Shown piece after piece: positions 36,283 through 46,345 of a stretch of DNA of 64,000 bases. Origin of the DNA: Candidatus Shapirobacteria bacterium. Its GTDB lineage: Bacteria; Patescibacteriota; Microgenomatia; UBA12405. The stretch is from contig JBAZYN010000001.1 in assembly GCA_041659325.1 (NCBI GenBank), positions 67,342 through 131,341 on the forward strand, given 5' to 3'. The notes under the pieces were generated by a model. The model was not told the origin of the DNA, ran no database searches, and saw nothing but the letters and a program-made list of their open reading frames with translations. How positions within the stretch are numbered: position 1 is the stretch's first letter; each line of letters opens with the position of its first letter. The translations under genes and the position numbers were made by a program.

Positions 36283-37701
36283 ATGAAAAAACTTCTTAAA
36301 GACCGTAATATTGATCTCTCCGAGTGGTACAACGATGTTGTACTAAAGGCTGAATTGGCAGATTACGCTCCGGTCAAAGGCTGTATGATCATCCGGCCTT
36401 ATGGCTATGCTCTTTGGGAAGCGATCCAAAATTTTATGGATCCGATTATTAAAGAAAGGGGGGTCAAAAACGCTTACTTTCCTCTTTTTATTCCCATGCA
36501 TTTTTTACAAAAGGAAAAAGAGCATGTTGCCGGTTTCGCCCCTGAATTGGCCGTAGTTACTATTGGTGGCGGCGAGAAATTAAATGAAGAACTAGCCGTT
36601 CGCCCCACTTCCGAAACTATCATGTACGAGATGTATCGCAAGTGGACCACCTCTTGGCGCGACTTACCCATTTTAATCAACCAGTGGTGCAATGTTGTTC
36701 GCTGGGAAAAAAGAACTTATCTTTTCTTGCGCACCTCTGAATTCTTATGGCAAGAAGGCCACTGCGCTCACCTTACTCACGAAGAAAGTAACGAAACCGT
36801 ATTTTGGGCTCTTGATATGTACGAAAAAACCTACAATCAACTTTTAGCTATGTATGGTATCAAAGGTGTAAAAAGTGACTCAGAGAAATTTGCCGGTGCC
36901 GGTAAGACGTATTCTTTTGAATGTCTCATGCCCAACGGTAAAGCTCTTCAAGCTTGCACTTCTCACGATTTGGGACAAAATTTCTCCAAATCTTTTGAAT
37001 GGACTATTCAAGACCAAAATAAAAATAAAGTTTACCCTTGGCAAAATTCTTGGGGATTTTCCACCCGCTCTATCGGTGGTCTTATCATGGCTCATGGTGA
37101 TGACAATGGTTTAATTTTGCCTCCAAACGTTGCACCGACCCAGGTTGTTATCATTCCTATTCCCGGTCACGAAAAAGCACTGGTTTTAGCGCAGGATTTA
37201 TATTCTAAACTAAAAAATATTTATCGTTGCCATTTGGACCTGGTTGACGACGAATCTGCTGGTTTTAAATTCAATAAATGGGAACTAAAAGGTGTTCCGT
37301 TACGTATTGAAGTCGGCGATCGTGATGTTGCCAGTAATTCCGTAATTATTCATCAACGTGACACCGGTGAAAAATTGACGGTTTCGGTTGAAGATTTAAG
37401 TAAAACAATTTGTGATTTATCAACAATAATTCAGAACAATCTTTTTGAAAAACATCGTAAATTCACCGATGATAATACTTTTGTTGTTGATACATATGAT
37501 GAACTAAAAAAGGTTATGTCAACCACTCGTGGTTTTATAAAAGCTCACTGGTGCGAAAACCCCGAATGTGAGGCAAAAATAAAAGCTGACACTAAAGCTA
37601 CAACCCGTTGTCTTCCTCTTGATGCACAGACAGAAGCGGGCAAATGTATCTTTTGCGGTAAACCTTCGACACATCGCTGGTTATTTGCCCAGTCGTACTG
37701 A
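36283..37701 (+). CDS. proS: Proline--tRNA ligase, archaeal/eukaryote-like type
   Basis: KEKEHVAGFAPE, RPTSET, QWCNVVRWE, SHDLGQNF, C-terminal Cys Zn site and terminal Tyr; ATG 36283 is 6 nt after TATAAT. Confidence 0.96.
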   Translation: MKKLLKDRNIDLSEWYNDVVLKAELADYAPVKGCMIIRPYGYALWEAIQNFMDPIIKERGVKNAYFPLFIPMHFLQKEKEHVAGFAPELAVVTIGGGEKLNEELAVRPTSETIMYEMYRKWTTSWRDLPILINQWCNVVRWEKRTYLFLRTSEFLWQEGHCAHLTHEESNETVFWALDMYEKTYNQLLAMYGIKGVKSDSEKFAGAGKTYSFECLMPNGKALQACTSHDLGQNFSKSFEWTIQDQNKNKVYPWQNSWGFSTRSIGGLIMAHGDDNGLILPPNVAPTQVVIIPIPGHEKALVLAQDLYSKLKNIYRCHLDLVDDESAGFKFNKWELKGVPLRIEVGDRDVASNSVIIHQRDTGEKLTVSVEDLSKTICDLSTIIQNNLFEKHRKFTDDNTFVVDTYDELKKVMSTTRGFIKAHWCENPECEAKIKADTKATTRCLPLDAQTEAGKCIFCGKPSTHRWLFAQSY

Positions 37702-37745
37702 GTTAATACTTAATACTTCACGCCAAATACTATATACTGGTTTAT

Positions 37746-39872
37746 ATGCCCAAACGCGGTCGCCGGCGAAAAGGGGGAATTGTTCCCTCTCTCCACCTAA
37801 AACCATCAACCATCCAGTCGATTTTTTTCATATTCTTTTCCGTCCTGTGTATTCTGTCGGTTTTCTCGTTTTTGCGAACAGGAACAATCCTGACCAAATA
37901 TAACGAAAATTTATCTCAATATTTTGGTTTTGGCTCAGTTGCTGTTCCTTTTCTGTTACTTTTGATTTCTTTCCTGTTTGCCAAAATAAAAACCCCCCTT
38001 AAAGAACTAAATGTTTTTCTTGGTTTTGTAATCATGTATATTTCGGTTATCAGTCTTTTTGGGCAGGGGCTGATCGGTAAGTTTTTTCTTCTCCAAATCC
38101 AAACCCTTTTTGGTTTTGTTCCCGCATATCTAATTTTTTCCTTTTTACTCATTGCCGGCTTTGTCGTTCTCTTCGATACCAGTGTTGTCCAGATAATTAA
38201 GTTTGTAATCATGATATTAGCCGGATTGAAAAAATACACTTTTGGAAATGTCTCCAAGTCAAAAGAAAAAAGAAGCAAGGAGTCAAAAGAAACCTTGTAT
38301 ATCCAATCGGATTCTCATCCGGCCAAGGAAGCCAAAGATAATACCGACAACAATGTGGTAAATGTTCCCCCGATTTTTAAAACCGCTCCCGTAATGCCGG
38401 TTCTGACATCCCCCAAAACTGCCACTTCATCCGGAAACCCCATATGGGAAAAACCCCCTATATCAATTTTTGACGGTACCCCCGGCGCAAAAGCCGATAG
38501 GGGAGACGTCAGAAAGAACGCCGATACCATCGAAAAAACTCTGGACTCTTTTGGTATTTCAGCCCGAGTTGCCGAGGTCAACGACAGCCCCTCGGTTACT
38601 CAGTACGCCCTCGAGGTCGCAATGGGCACTAAACTAGCAAAAATTGTTAATCTCTCAAACGACTTAGCTATGGCTCTGGCCGCTCCGGGTGGGCAAATCC
38701 GCGTTGAAGCTCCGATTCCCGGCCGATCTCTGGTTGGTATCGAAGTTCCCAATCGGTCTTTGGAGGTGGTTCCCATCCGTCGGATTTTGGAATCCGACAT
38801 TATGAAACAGTCAAAAAGCAAAATTACTGTTCCGCTTGGTTTGGACGTTGCCGGTAGGCCAAAAATTGCCGACATTTCAAAAATGCCCCATGTTCTGATA
38901 GCCGGGCAAACCGGATCGGGAAAATCAGTCTGTGTCAACTCCTGGATATGCTCGCTGCTTTTTAGGGCCTCTCCCGATGAAGTACGGTTGATTATGGTTG
39001 ATCCAAAAAGGGTCGAGCTTACCCCCTACAATGGTATCCCTCACTTGATATCACCGGTTATTGTCGAGCCGGAAAAGGTAATATCGGCCCTAAAATGGGC
39101 CGTCTCCGAAATGGAGCGAAGGTATAAGCTTTTTACCGAAGTAGGAGCCAAAAACATTGAAGGCTACAACAATCTCTCCGGACTTCAGCTGATTCCCTAT
39201 ATCATTATCCTTATTGATGAATTGGCTGAAATTATGATGTTTTCTCCCACAGAAGTCGAAGAAAATGTTTGTCGCTTGGCGCAAATGGCCAGGGCCGTCG
39301 GCATTCATCTGGTTTTGGCCACCCAAAGACCTTCAGTTAATGTTATTACCGGGCTTATAAAGGCAAACATTCCGACCAGAATGGCCTTTGCGGTTTCCTC
39401 TATGATGGATTCAAGGGTAATTCTCGACACTCCGGGGGCAGAAAAATTACTGGGTAGGGGGGATATGCTTTATATTCCGCCCGAGCTGGCAAAGCCGGTT
39501 AGAATTCAGGGGTGTTTTGTTTCCGACAAAGAAATAAATGGCCTGATTAATTTTTGGAAATCTCAAAAAACAGCCGACTACAACAGCGATGTCACTAGTC
39601 AACCGGTAAACAATCCGAATTCTTCAAGTAAAAATCTTGTTTCTGTCGGAGGGGAGGAGCGGGACACCGTCTTTGATGAGGCTATCAAAGTAATCACGGA
39701 GTCCGGAATCGCTTCATCCTCATTTCTCCAAAGGCGCCTGAAACTCGGATACGCCCGAGCCGCTCGTGTCTTAGACCAACTGCAGATAGCCGGAATTGTG
39801 GGGCCGGGAAAAGGTGCCAAACCCAGAGATATCTTAATTCCCCACGCAACACCGGTTGATGGAAATGAATAA
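37746..39872 (+). CDS. ftsK: DNA translocase FtsK/SpoIIIE
   Basis: N-terminal TMs, RVEAPIPG, AGQTGSGKS, IDELAE, ATQRPS, gamma domain LQRRLKLGYARAAR. Confidence 0.97.
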   Translation: MPKRGRRRKGGIVPSLHLKPSTIQSIFFIFFSVLCILSVFSFLRTGTILTKYNENLSQYFGFGSVAVPFLLLLISFLFAKIKTPLKELNVFLGFVIMYISVISLFGQGLIGKFFLLQIQTLFGFVPAYLIFSFLLIAGFVVLFDTSVVQIIKFVIMILAGLKKYTFGNVSKSKEKRSKESKETLYIQSDSHPAKEAKDNTDNNVVNVPPIFKTAPVMPVLTSPKTATSSGNPIWEKPPISIFDGTPGAKADRGDVRKNADTIEKTLDSFGISARVAEVNDSPSVTQYALEVAMGTKLAKIVNLSNDLAMALAAPGGQIRVEAPIPGRSLVGIEVPNRSLEVVPIRRILESDIMKQSKSKITVPLGLDVAGRPKIADISKMPHVLIAGQTGSGKSVCVNSWICSLLFRASPDEVRLIMVDPKRVELTPYNGIPHLISPVIVEPEKVISALKWAVSEMERRYKLFTEVGAKNIEGYNNLSGLQLIPYIIILIDELAEIMMFSPTEVEENVCRLAQMARAVGIHLVLATQRPSVNVITGLIKANIPTRMAFAVSSMMDSRVILDTPGAEKLLGRGDMLYIPPELAKPVRIQGCFVSDKEINGLINFWKSQKTADYNSDVTSQPVNNPNSSSKNLVSVGGEERDTVFDEAIKVITESGIASSSFLQRRLKLGYARAARVLDQLQIAGIVGPGKGAKPRDILIPHATPVDGNE

Positions 39873-39883
39873 CCGACACTATT

Positions 39884-40495
39884 ATGTATCGTGCCTCAAT
39901 CATCTTAAAAAACGCCAGATCAGATAAAGGTCTTAGCTTAGATGAAGTTTCAAAAAAATTAAAAATTCCCCAAAGATATCTTGAGTCAATCGAAAACGAG
40001 AATATACTTTGTTTTCCTCAGGAACCATATTGCTCGCTGATTATTAAAGATTATGCTGATTATTTAGGTCTAAACGGCCAACAAATTGTAGGTTTATTCC
40101 GCCGCGATTTCGCTCAAAAAAGAAAAACAAAAACTACTAACAAAAGTTTCATCAGTTTTACCCCCCAATTTACTTTTACCGTAATTATCTCCTTTCTTGT
40201 TATGTTGTTTTCTTTCTATCTTGTTTATGAGTATATAAAGTTCAACCGTCCCCCCAAATTAATAGTTGACTGGCCGGCCAAAAATATGGTTACCAAAGAT
40301 GTCGTCGAGATTAGGGGTTCCACCGATCCCGAATCCACCGTCAGGGTCAATCAGGACCTGGTCATTGTTGACCCGGAGGGGAATTTTACAAAAAAAATCA
40401 ATCTCCAGTCTGAAGAGACCAAAATTACCGTAGAATCAAAATCACCCAGCGGCAAAACTACTCAGGACGAAAGGACGGTCCGGGTAGTTAAGTGA
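39884..40495 (+). CDS. RodZ-like HTH membrane protein with a C-terminal Ig-like domain
   Basis: XRE HTH (LSLDEVSKKLKI...YADYLGL), one TM, beta-rich C-terminus; follows ftsK. Confidence 0.75.
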   Translation: MYRASIILKNARSDKGLSLDEVSKKLKIPQRYLESIENENILCFPQEPYCSLIIKDYADYLGLNGQQIVGLFRRDFAQKRKTKTTNKSFISFTPQFTFTVIISFLVMLFSFYLVYEYIKFNRPPKLIVDWPAKNMVTKDVVEIRGSTDPESTVRVNQDLVIVDPEGNFTKKINLQSEETKITVESKSPSGKTTQDERTVRVVK

Positions 40496-40526
40496 AATCT
40501 TTCGCAAATTAGTTTATACTGAAACC

Positions 40527-40802
40527 ATGGATGTAACACAAATCATTATCATTGTCAGCATTATTTCTGTCTCTGTCGTCATTATTGTTTGTGGAGTCTG
40601 GGTCGCCCTGATCCTCAAAGAGCTAAAAAGTACCGTAATAAAAACCAATAGCATTCTGGACGACACAAAACTTATAACCTCATCGGTGGCGCAGCCGGTC
40701 AGTACGATCTCCGAATTTCTCTCCGGTTTCAAAAGCGGCATAAATTTACTAAATTCTTTTTTCAAAAAGAAGGAGAAAGCACTAAAAAATGACCAGGCAT
40801 GA
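40527..40802 (+). CDS. Small membrane protein, DUF948/YoxC-like
   Basis: N-terminal TM then amphipathic helix; TATACT-N6-ATG upstream. Confidence 0.65.
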   Translation: MDVTQIIIIVSIISVSVVIIVCGVWVALILKELKSTVIKTNSILDDTKLITSSVAQPVSTISEFLSGFKSGINLLNSFFKKKEKALKNDQA

Positions 40803-41061
40803 ACCTTGTCAGTGTTGCCAAGGAGATGAGTGTGGCTCAAGCGGATTCCTATTTGGTCTGATAGTCGGATTGATAATCGGCGCTGTTATTGCCATCCTCA
40901 TTTACCGCCACAACAAAAGCGAGGTGGTGGAAGTATTAAAAAGAAAAATTAATAAGTTTATCTCTCGTATAGAAAGTAACAAGGATACCGAAACTTATTC
41001 ACAAAAAAAAGTTCACCCGAAAACTACAAAATCTCACCCAAAAACCTTTCTGGTTAAATAA
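40789..41061 (+). CDS. Small membrane protein, YtxH-like
   Basis: GFLFGLIVGLIIGAVIAIL followed by a basic helix; Cys-rich N-terminus. Confidence 0.6.
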   Translation: MTRHEPCQCCQGDECGSSGFLFGLIVGLIIGAVIAILIYRHNKSEVVEVLKRKINKFISRIESNKDTETYSQKKVHPKTTKSHPKTFLVK

Positions 41062-41084
41062 TCCAGTTTTGTTATAATTCCCTC

Positions 41085-42902
41085 ATGAACGCGCAGGATC
41101 TAAAGAATAAATTTGTCGCTTTTTTTGTCGACAAAAATCACAAAGAGATCCCGTCTTCCAGGCTAGTGCCCGAAAACGACCCCACCACCCTGTTTGTTTC
41201 TGCCGGTATTCAGCCTCTTGTCCCCTATTTTTTAGGGAAAGAGCATCCCAGTGGCAGTCGCTTGGTTAATGTCCAAAAATGTGTCCGCACTGGTGACATT
41301 GAAGAAGTTGGTGATCCTATTCATCACACTTTTTTTGAAATGTTAGGCAATTGGTCTTTAGGAGACTATTTTAAAGATGAAATGATTCCTTGGAGCTTTG
41401 TATTTCTTACGAAAGATTTGAATATTTCTATTAACAATCTGGCTGTTAGTTGCTTTCTTGGTGACAGTGATGCCCCTAAAGATGAAGAAACGGCCAAACT
41501 TTGGACAGAACAGGGGGTTCCCCCATCAAGAATTGCTTTTCTCCCAAAATCCAACAACTGGTGGGGCCCTCCGGGTGTCACTGGTCCTTGTGGCACTGAT
41601 ACGGAGATGTTTTATTGGACAGGTAGCGACCCTGCTCCTGATATTTTTAACCCAGAAGACAGTCGATGGGTCGAAATTTGGAATGATGTTTTAATCCAAT
41701 ATTTTAAAAATGATCAGGGCAAATACGAAAAATTAATTCAAAATAATATTGACACCGGCATGGGGGTCGAAAGAACCATAGCGATATTAAATGGATTTGC
41801 CGATAACTATCAAACAGATATCTGGCAGCCGATAATCAAAAAAATAGAAGAACTAACAAAGCTCCAATACGGTGATAAAACTGATGACTTTTATATGAAA
41901 GATAACAAACAGTGTTGGGTTGATGTTCGAAAGTCAATGCGGATTATCGCCGATCATATCCGCTCGGCTGTATTCATCATGGCTGATGGGGTAGAACCAT
42001 CCAACAAGGAAAGTGGGTATGTTCTTCGACGTCTAATCCGCCGGGCTATTCGTCAAGGTAAGCTCCTGGGTATAGAAAATAACTTTATCGTTGAAATTGC
42101 CAAGTCCGTTTTCGACAATCAAAATAACTTTGCCGGCATTTATCCGGAACTTGATTTAAACAAGGATAAAATTTTGCAGGATCTTGAAATCGAAGAGACA
42201 AAATTTAGGAAAACGCTCAATAATGGCCTGAGAGAATTAAACAAAATTATCGACCAGAAAAAGCAAATTAGTAGTCAGCAAGCTTTCACCCTATACGAAA
42301 GTTTTGGCTTCCCTGTTGAAATGATAAACGAAGAATTATCAAAATATAACCAACAAATAAATATCAACGACTTTCAGAAGCTAAAACAAGCCCACCAGGA
42401 CAAATCACGCACCCTGTCTGCCGGAAAATTTAAAAGCGGTTTGGCCGACAATTCTAACGTCATTACTCAGTATCACACTGCCACCCACATGCTCCATGCG
42501 GCCCTGAGGCTTGTTTTGGGTGACCATGTCCAACAATCTGGTTCCAACATTACCTCAGAGCGTCTGCGCTTTGATTTTACTCATCCGGAAAAATTAAACG
42601 AACAACAACTCCTGCATATCTCTGATATTGTTAATCAAAAGATAAACGAATCCCTCCCTGTAACCTGTCAGATAATGCTGTTTTCCGAAGCTCAAAAAAT
42701 AGGATCATTAGCATTTTTTGGCACCAAGTATCCGGAAAAAGTCTCCGTCTATACCGTTGGCGACTATACCAACTATTTTTCAAGAGAAGTCTGTACCGGC
42801 CCCCACGTCAAAAATACTTCCGAACTCGGGATATTTGAGATTATCAAGGAAGAGTCATCGGGATCAGGCAAGAGAAGGATATATGCTGTCCTAAAAATAT
42901 AG
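41085..42902 (+). CDS. alaS: Alanine--tRNA ligase (short form, no C-Ala domain)
   Basis: DPTTLF, QKCVRTGDI, HHTFFEMLGNWS, DTGMGVER, HTATH, CTGPHV. Confidence 0.97.
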   Translation: MNAQDLKNKFVAFFVDKNHKEIPSSRLVPENDPTTLFVSAGIQPLVPYFLGKEHPSGSRLVNVQKCVRTGDIEEVGDPIHHTFFEMLGNWSLGDYFKDEMIPWSFVFLTKDLNISINNLAVSCFLGDSDAPKDEETAKLWTEQGVPPSRIAFLPKSNNWWGPPGVTGPCGTDTEMFYWTGSDPAPDIFNPEDSRWVEIWNDVLIQYFKNDQGKYEKLIQNNIDTGMGVERTIAILNGFADNYQTDIWQPIIKKIEELTKLQYGDKTDDFYMKDNKQCWVDVRKSMRIIADHIRSAVFIMADGVEPSNKESGYVLRRLIRRAIRQGKLLGIENNFIVEIAKSVFDNQNNFAGIYPELDLNKDKILQDLEIEETKFRKTLNNGLRELNKIIDQKKQISSQQAFTLYESFGFPVEMINEELSKYNQQININDFQKLKQAHQDKSRTLSAGKFKSGLADNSNVITQYHTATHMLHAALRLVLGDHVQQSGSNITSERLRFDFTHPEKLNEQQLLHISDIVNQKINESLPVTCQIMLFSEAQKIGSLAFFGTKYPEKVSVYTVGDYTNYFSREVCTGPHVKNTSELGIFEIIKEESSGSGKRRIYAVLKI

Positions 42903-42914
42903 TATCCTTAACCA

Positions 42915-45014
42915 ATGGAAAATCGTTTTTGGCTTATTCTTATCGGTAATTCAACCGCCTGTGCGTCCTTAATTTCCGATGAAAACGGTAAATTCGATGT
43001 AGTTTCAATTGGACCAAAGATGAAGTGGAGTCTCGAGGATGATACCTCCATAATTCCCGCCGTCGATCAGTCGCTTTCAATAGCTAGCCAGTCAATAAAC
43101 TTGCCGGAAGATTCAGAGCCTGGGAACGTCTCTTTTATTATCCCCTCAGATTGGGTGGGTCCCGACGACAAAATATTTCCGGATTACAAGAAGTTATTGT
43201 CAGATCTCATCAAAAATCTCAAGTTAAAACCGATGGGGTATATCGCTCACAGCGAAGCCATTATTGAATATCCGACATATAAAGACAATAGTTTTATTCT
43301 TCTCCACCTATACGAAGGAGGTTTTTACTGTTCTCTAGTTTATTTTGGAAAAATTAAAAATAGGATTGAAAAAACATACTCTGAAGATTTTCGGCCTGAA
43401 TTTCTCGAAGCTGTCTTGACAGAAGCAAAAATAGACTCAACTCTGCCACCTCAAATCGTAGTTTTTGGAGAGGTAAACGATCTAATAGAAGAGGCATTAA
43501 AAAACTACCCATGGCTCGGTAAAAAAAATATTGAAACATTTCTCCACTCACCGTCAATTCAGGTGCTAAAAGAAAATGAAACGATAAATATTTTCGCCAG
43601 ATTCATCGTCAGCCAACTCCACTCAAAACTTCCTGATACTGAAAATGAGATAAGTGAACAGAACATTACCGAAACTATCGAAGTCCCTCCAAAGGAAACA
43701 GAAGAAGTTGGACCCGAAGATTTGGGCTTTAGCGGCTCTTCAAAAATTATTTCAACACCTGTGGTCGAAAAATTACTTTCCCAGATAGAAGAAACTATTC
43801 CATCCCCGTCTTTCCCGGTCATTCGTCCGAAACCAAAATTAAAAATATCATTCCCTCAAATCCATTTCAAATTTAACCGCCTCCTATATATTCTTGCTTT
43901 GTCCCCCCTGCTCATTCTTATTCCGGTTATCTTCTCGCGTACCGATGTTGACCTCTTCGTAACTCCATATGTTTTTTCCTTAAAAACTGATGCCGTTCTT
44001 GATTCGTCAGTAGACCAGGTAAATCCACAAAAACATATTATTCCCGTAACCAAAAAAACAATCCCCGTCACTACATCTTTGAGCACCAAAACAACCGGTC
44101 AAAAAACAATTGGGGAAAAAGCCAAGGGGGAAATTACTGTTTACAATAAATCTGACAAAATCCAAAACATTCCCAAAGGGACCGTGCTGATCGACAAATC
44201 CGGTTTGAAATTTGACATTACAAATGCAGTCAGTATCAGCCCCGGCGTTTCTGATCTCGAAAAAGGAGTAATAAATCTTGGGAAGACCAATATTATTGCC
44301 ACCGCCCAAGATATCGGTCCAGAATATAATATTTCCAAAGGGGCAACCCTTTCGTTCAAGGACACCCCGGAAAGTATTTTAGTCTCAAAGGTAAACGAAT
44401 CGTTTGCCGGCGGTAGCAAACGTACCATCAACGCCGTCAGTTCAGAAGACAAAAAAACCATCGAAAAAAAAGTTCAGGAAAAAATTGCCCTCTCGGTTGA
44501 AGAAAAAATAAACACTGATCTCAGCGGAAATAACAACATCATCAAGGATTCCATTCAAAGTAAAACTAGCCGAATCGAATACAATCGTGAGGTCGGAGAA
44601 GAGGCAGAGGAGTTAAAAGCCGATATTAGTGCCACGGTTTCCTTTTTTGTCTTATCAGAAACCGTAAAAAACGAAACAACCTCCTCATTCCTTTCCTCAG
44701 ACGAAAACTTTTCCAAAGCAGTCTTCGACCCGAAATTATTTAAACTAAACTTCAAAGTTGCAAAAAATGAAACAGACCGATCCACGGGAGTTGCTGAAAT
44801 CGACGGCAAAGCTCTGCCGATAATCGACCAGGCCGATTTGCGCAATAGTATCAGGGGGAAAAGCAAAGCGGAAGCCGAAAAGATAATAATAGAAAAAATT
44901 CCCCGGGCATATAAAATTCATATTAATCACCGCCCGCCGTATATAACATTTTTTAATCTCTTGCCTTTCCGCCAGGAAAATATTAATGTCAAAGTAAACA
45001 CCGAGTCGTTATGA
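42915..45014 (+). CDS. Bitopic membrane protein with a C-terminal baseplate-J-like domain
   Basis: Cytoplasmic N-domain, P/E-rich linker, one TM, then AKGEITVYN...IPKGTVL...TAQDIGPEYNI...FAGG pattern. Confidence 0.6.
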   Translation: MENRFWLILIGNSTACASLISDENGKFDVVSIGPKMKWSLEDDTSIIPAVDQSLSIASQSINLPEDSEPGNVSFIIPSDWVGPDDKIFPDYKKLLSDLIKNLKLKPMGYIAHSEAIIEYPTYKDNSFILLHLYEGGFYCSLVYFGKIKNRIEKTYSEDFRPEFLEAVLTEAKIDSTLPPQIVVFGEVNDLIEEALKNYPWLGKKNIETFLHSPSIQVLKENETINIFARFIVSQLHSKLPDTENEISEQNITETIEVPPKETEEVGPEDLGFSGSSKIISTPVVEKLLSQIEETIPSPSFPVIRPKPKLKISFPQIHFKFNRLLYILALSPLLILIPVIFSRTDVDLFVTPYVFSLKTDAVLDSSVDQVNPQKHIIPVTKKTIPVTTSLSTKTTGQKTIGEKAKGEITVYNKSDKIQNIPKGTVLIDKSGLKFDITNAVSISPGVSDLEKGVINLGKTNIIATAQDIGPEYNISKGATLSFKDTPESILVSKVNESFAGGSKRTINAVSSEDKKTIEKKVQEKIALSVEEKINTDLSGNNNIIKDSIQSKTSRIEYNREVGEEAEELKADISATVSFFVLSETVKNETTSSFLSSDENFSKAVFDPKLFKLNFKVAKNETDRSTGVAEIDGKALPIIDQADLRNSIRGKSKAEAEKIIIEKIPRAYKIHINHRPPYITFFNLLPFRQENINVKVNTESL

Positions 45015-45745
45015 CATATTTGTATATTAAAAAACTTCCATCCCAAAAAAGAACGAAAAAACTGTCAAGACCAAAAAGGAAGTTTTTTGCCATCACTCTT
45101 TTTATTTTTGGGATATTTCTTTTTGCTTCTGCCATCCTGCCTATTATCCAATTCCAACTCGAGTATTCCACCAAGTTTAACCAAATTCTAAATCCTCTTT
45201 CAACCAAATATTACAACCAATCGGGTAATATTCTTGGCAGCGCGACCGATTTCACCCAATTAGATAACTGGTTTGCCCCAGACTATCAGGGAATCCAAAC
45301 GACAGTTACCTCGCCGGTTTCACCGGGTAATAGTGTGACCTATTCTATTTCAATCCCAAAATTGAAAATCGACAGAGCCTCAGTTGCTCTTGGTAGTATG
45401 GACCTCAAAAAAACCCTTGTCCAATACCCCCAGACTGCTCTCCCTGGACAGCTTGGGAATTCGGTTATTTTCGGCCATTCTGTCCTCCCGCAATTTTTTA
45501 ATCCAAAGTCTTATATTACAATCTTCTCCACCTTGTTTCGGTTAAAACAGGGAGATGAAATCTATGTTAACTACGACGATATCCAATATAAATATCTGGT
45601 TGAGGAAATGTTTGAGGTCCAACCCACAGATCTATCGGTGCTCGAGCAGCGGTTTGACGGAAAGTACCTAACTCTGATTACCTGTAGTCCTCCTGGCACT
45701 TATCTTCGGAGGTTAATTATAAAATCCAGGATTGTAGATATTTAA
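45011..45745 (+). CDS. Sortase
   Basis: N-terminal TM, ISIPKLKI, PGQLGNSVIFGHS, LTLITCSPPGTYLRR (His/Cys/Arg triad). Confidence 0.93.
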   Translation: MTYLYIKKLPSQKRTKKLSRPKRKFFAITLFIFGIFLFASAILPIIQFQLEYSTKFNQILNPLSTKYYNQSGNILGSATDFTQLDNWFAPDYQGIQTTVTSPVSPGNSVTYSISIPKLKIDRASVALGSMDLKKTLVQYPQTALPGQLGNSVIFGHSVLPQFFNPKSYITIFSTLFRLKQGDEIYVNYDDIQYKYLVEEMFEVQPTDLSVLEQRFDGKYLTLITCSPPGTYLRRLIIKSRIVDI

Positions 45746-45758
45746 TATTTTTTGAAAC

Positions 45759-46130
45759 ATGAACATACTAGGAATTGATTACGGTCTAAAAAGAATTGGT
45801 TTAGCCATTTCGATTAGCGGTATTATTTCCCCGCTTGCAGTAATTCAAAACGACACAAAGACGCTAATCCAAATTAAAAAAATTATCAACCAAAATCGGG
45901 TTGAAAAAATATATATTGGTATCTCTGAGGGTAATTTCGCTGTCAAAACTCACCAGTTTGTTAAATACCTCAAGACCATGATAAACTTACCAATAGAGAC
46001 GGTTGAAGAAGCAGTTTCGACAATCGAAGCAGACGCAATCTATTTAGCAAATAAGAACAAAAAAAGCGACTACAAAAAAAGCATTGATTCCGTCGCTGCG
46101 GCCGTTATCTTAAGAAGAGTTATTGATTAA
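45759..46130 (+). CDS. ruvX: RuvX/YqgF pre-16S rRNA nuclease
   Basis: LGIDYGLKRIGLAIS, EEAVST, IDSVAAAVIL. Confidence 0.92.
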   Translation: MNILGIDYGLKRIGLAISISGIISPLAVIQNDTKTLIQIKKIINQNRVEKIYIGISEGNFAVKTHQFVKYLKTMINLPIETVEEAVSTIEADAIYLANKNKKSDYKKSIDSVAAAVILRRVID

Positions 46131-46136
46131 AGTTAT

Positions 46137-46334
46137 ATGATAAAAAATTTAATATCCCCAATCCAGGCATGGTTAATCTCTCAAGGTCGTTGTGTCGGAT
46201 GTGGTACTCCCTTAAAAAACGGCAAAAGAAAGGATGTTCGGGGCAAGACTACTGTCACCTGCAAGTGTGGTCGAATCTTTATCCACGATACTCCAAGCAA
46301 TAAATATCGGAGAGCTCTTTTTGAAGAGGTATAG
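46137..46334 (+). CDS. Small zinc-ribbon protein
   Basis: CVGCG...CKCGRIF in 65 aa, tightly packed in the operon. Confidence 0.75.
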   Translation: MIKNLISPIQAWLISQGRCVGCGTPLKNGKRKDVRGKTTVTCKCGRIFIHDTPSNKYRRALFEEV

Positions 46335-46345
46335 GCCATTACTTA

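Noticed and set aside
40514-40840. 108-aa minus-strand ORF
   Set aside because: Mirror of the + strand gene at 40527, which has a promoter and TM pattern.
42915-45014. Prophage or contractile injection system
   Set aside because: No sheath, tube, terminase or integrase genes; flanked by housekeeping genes.
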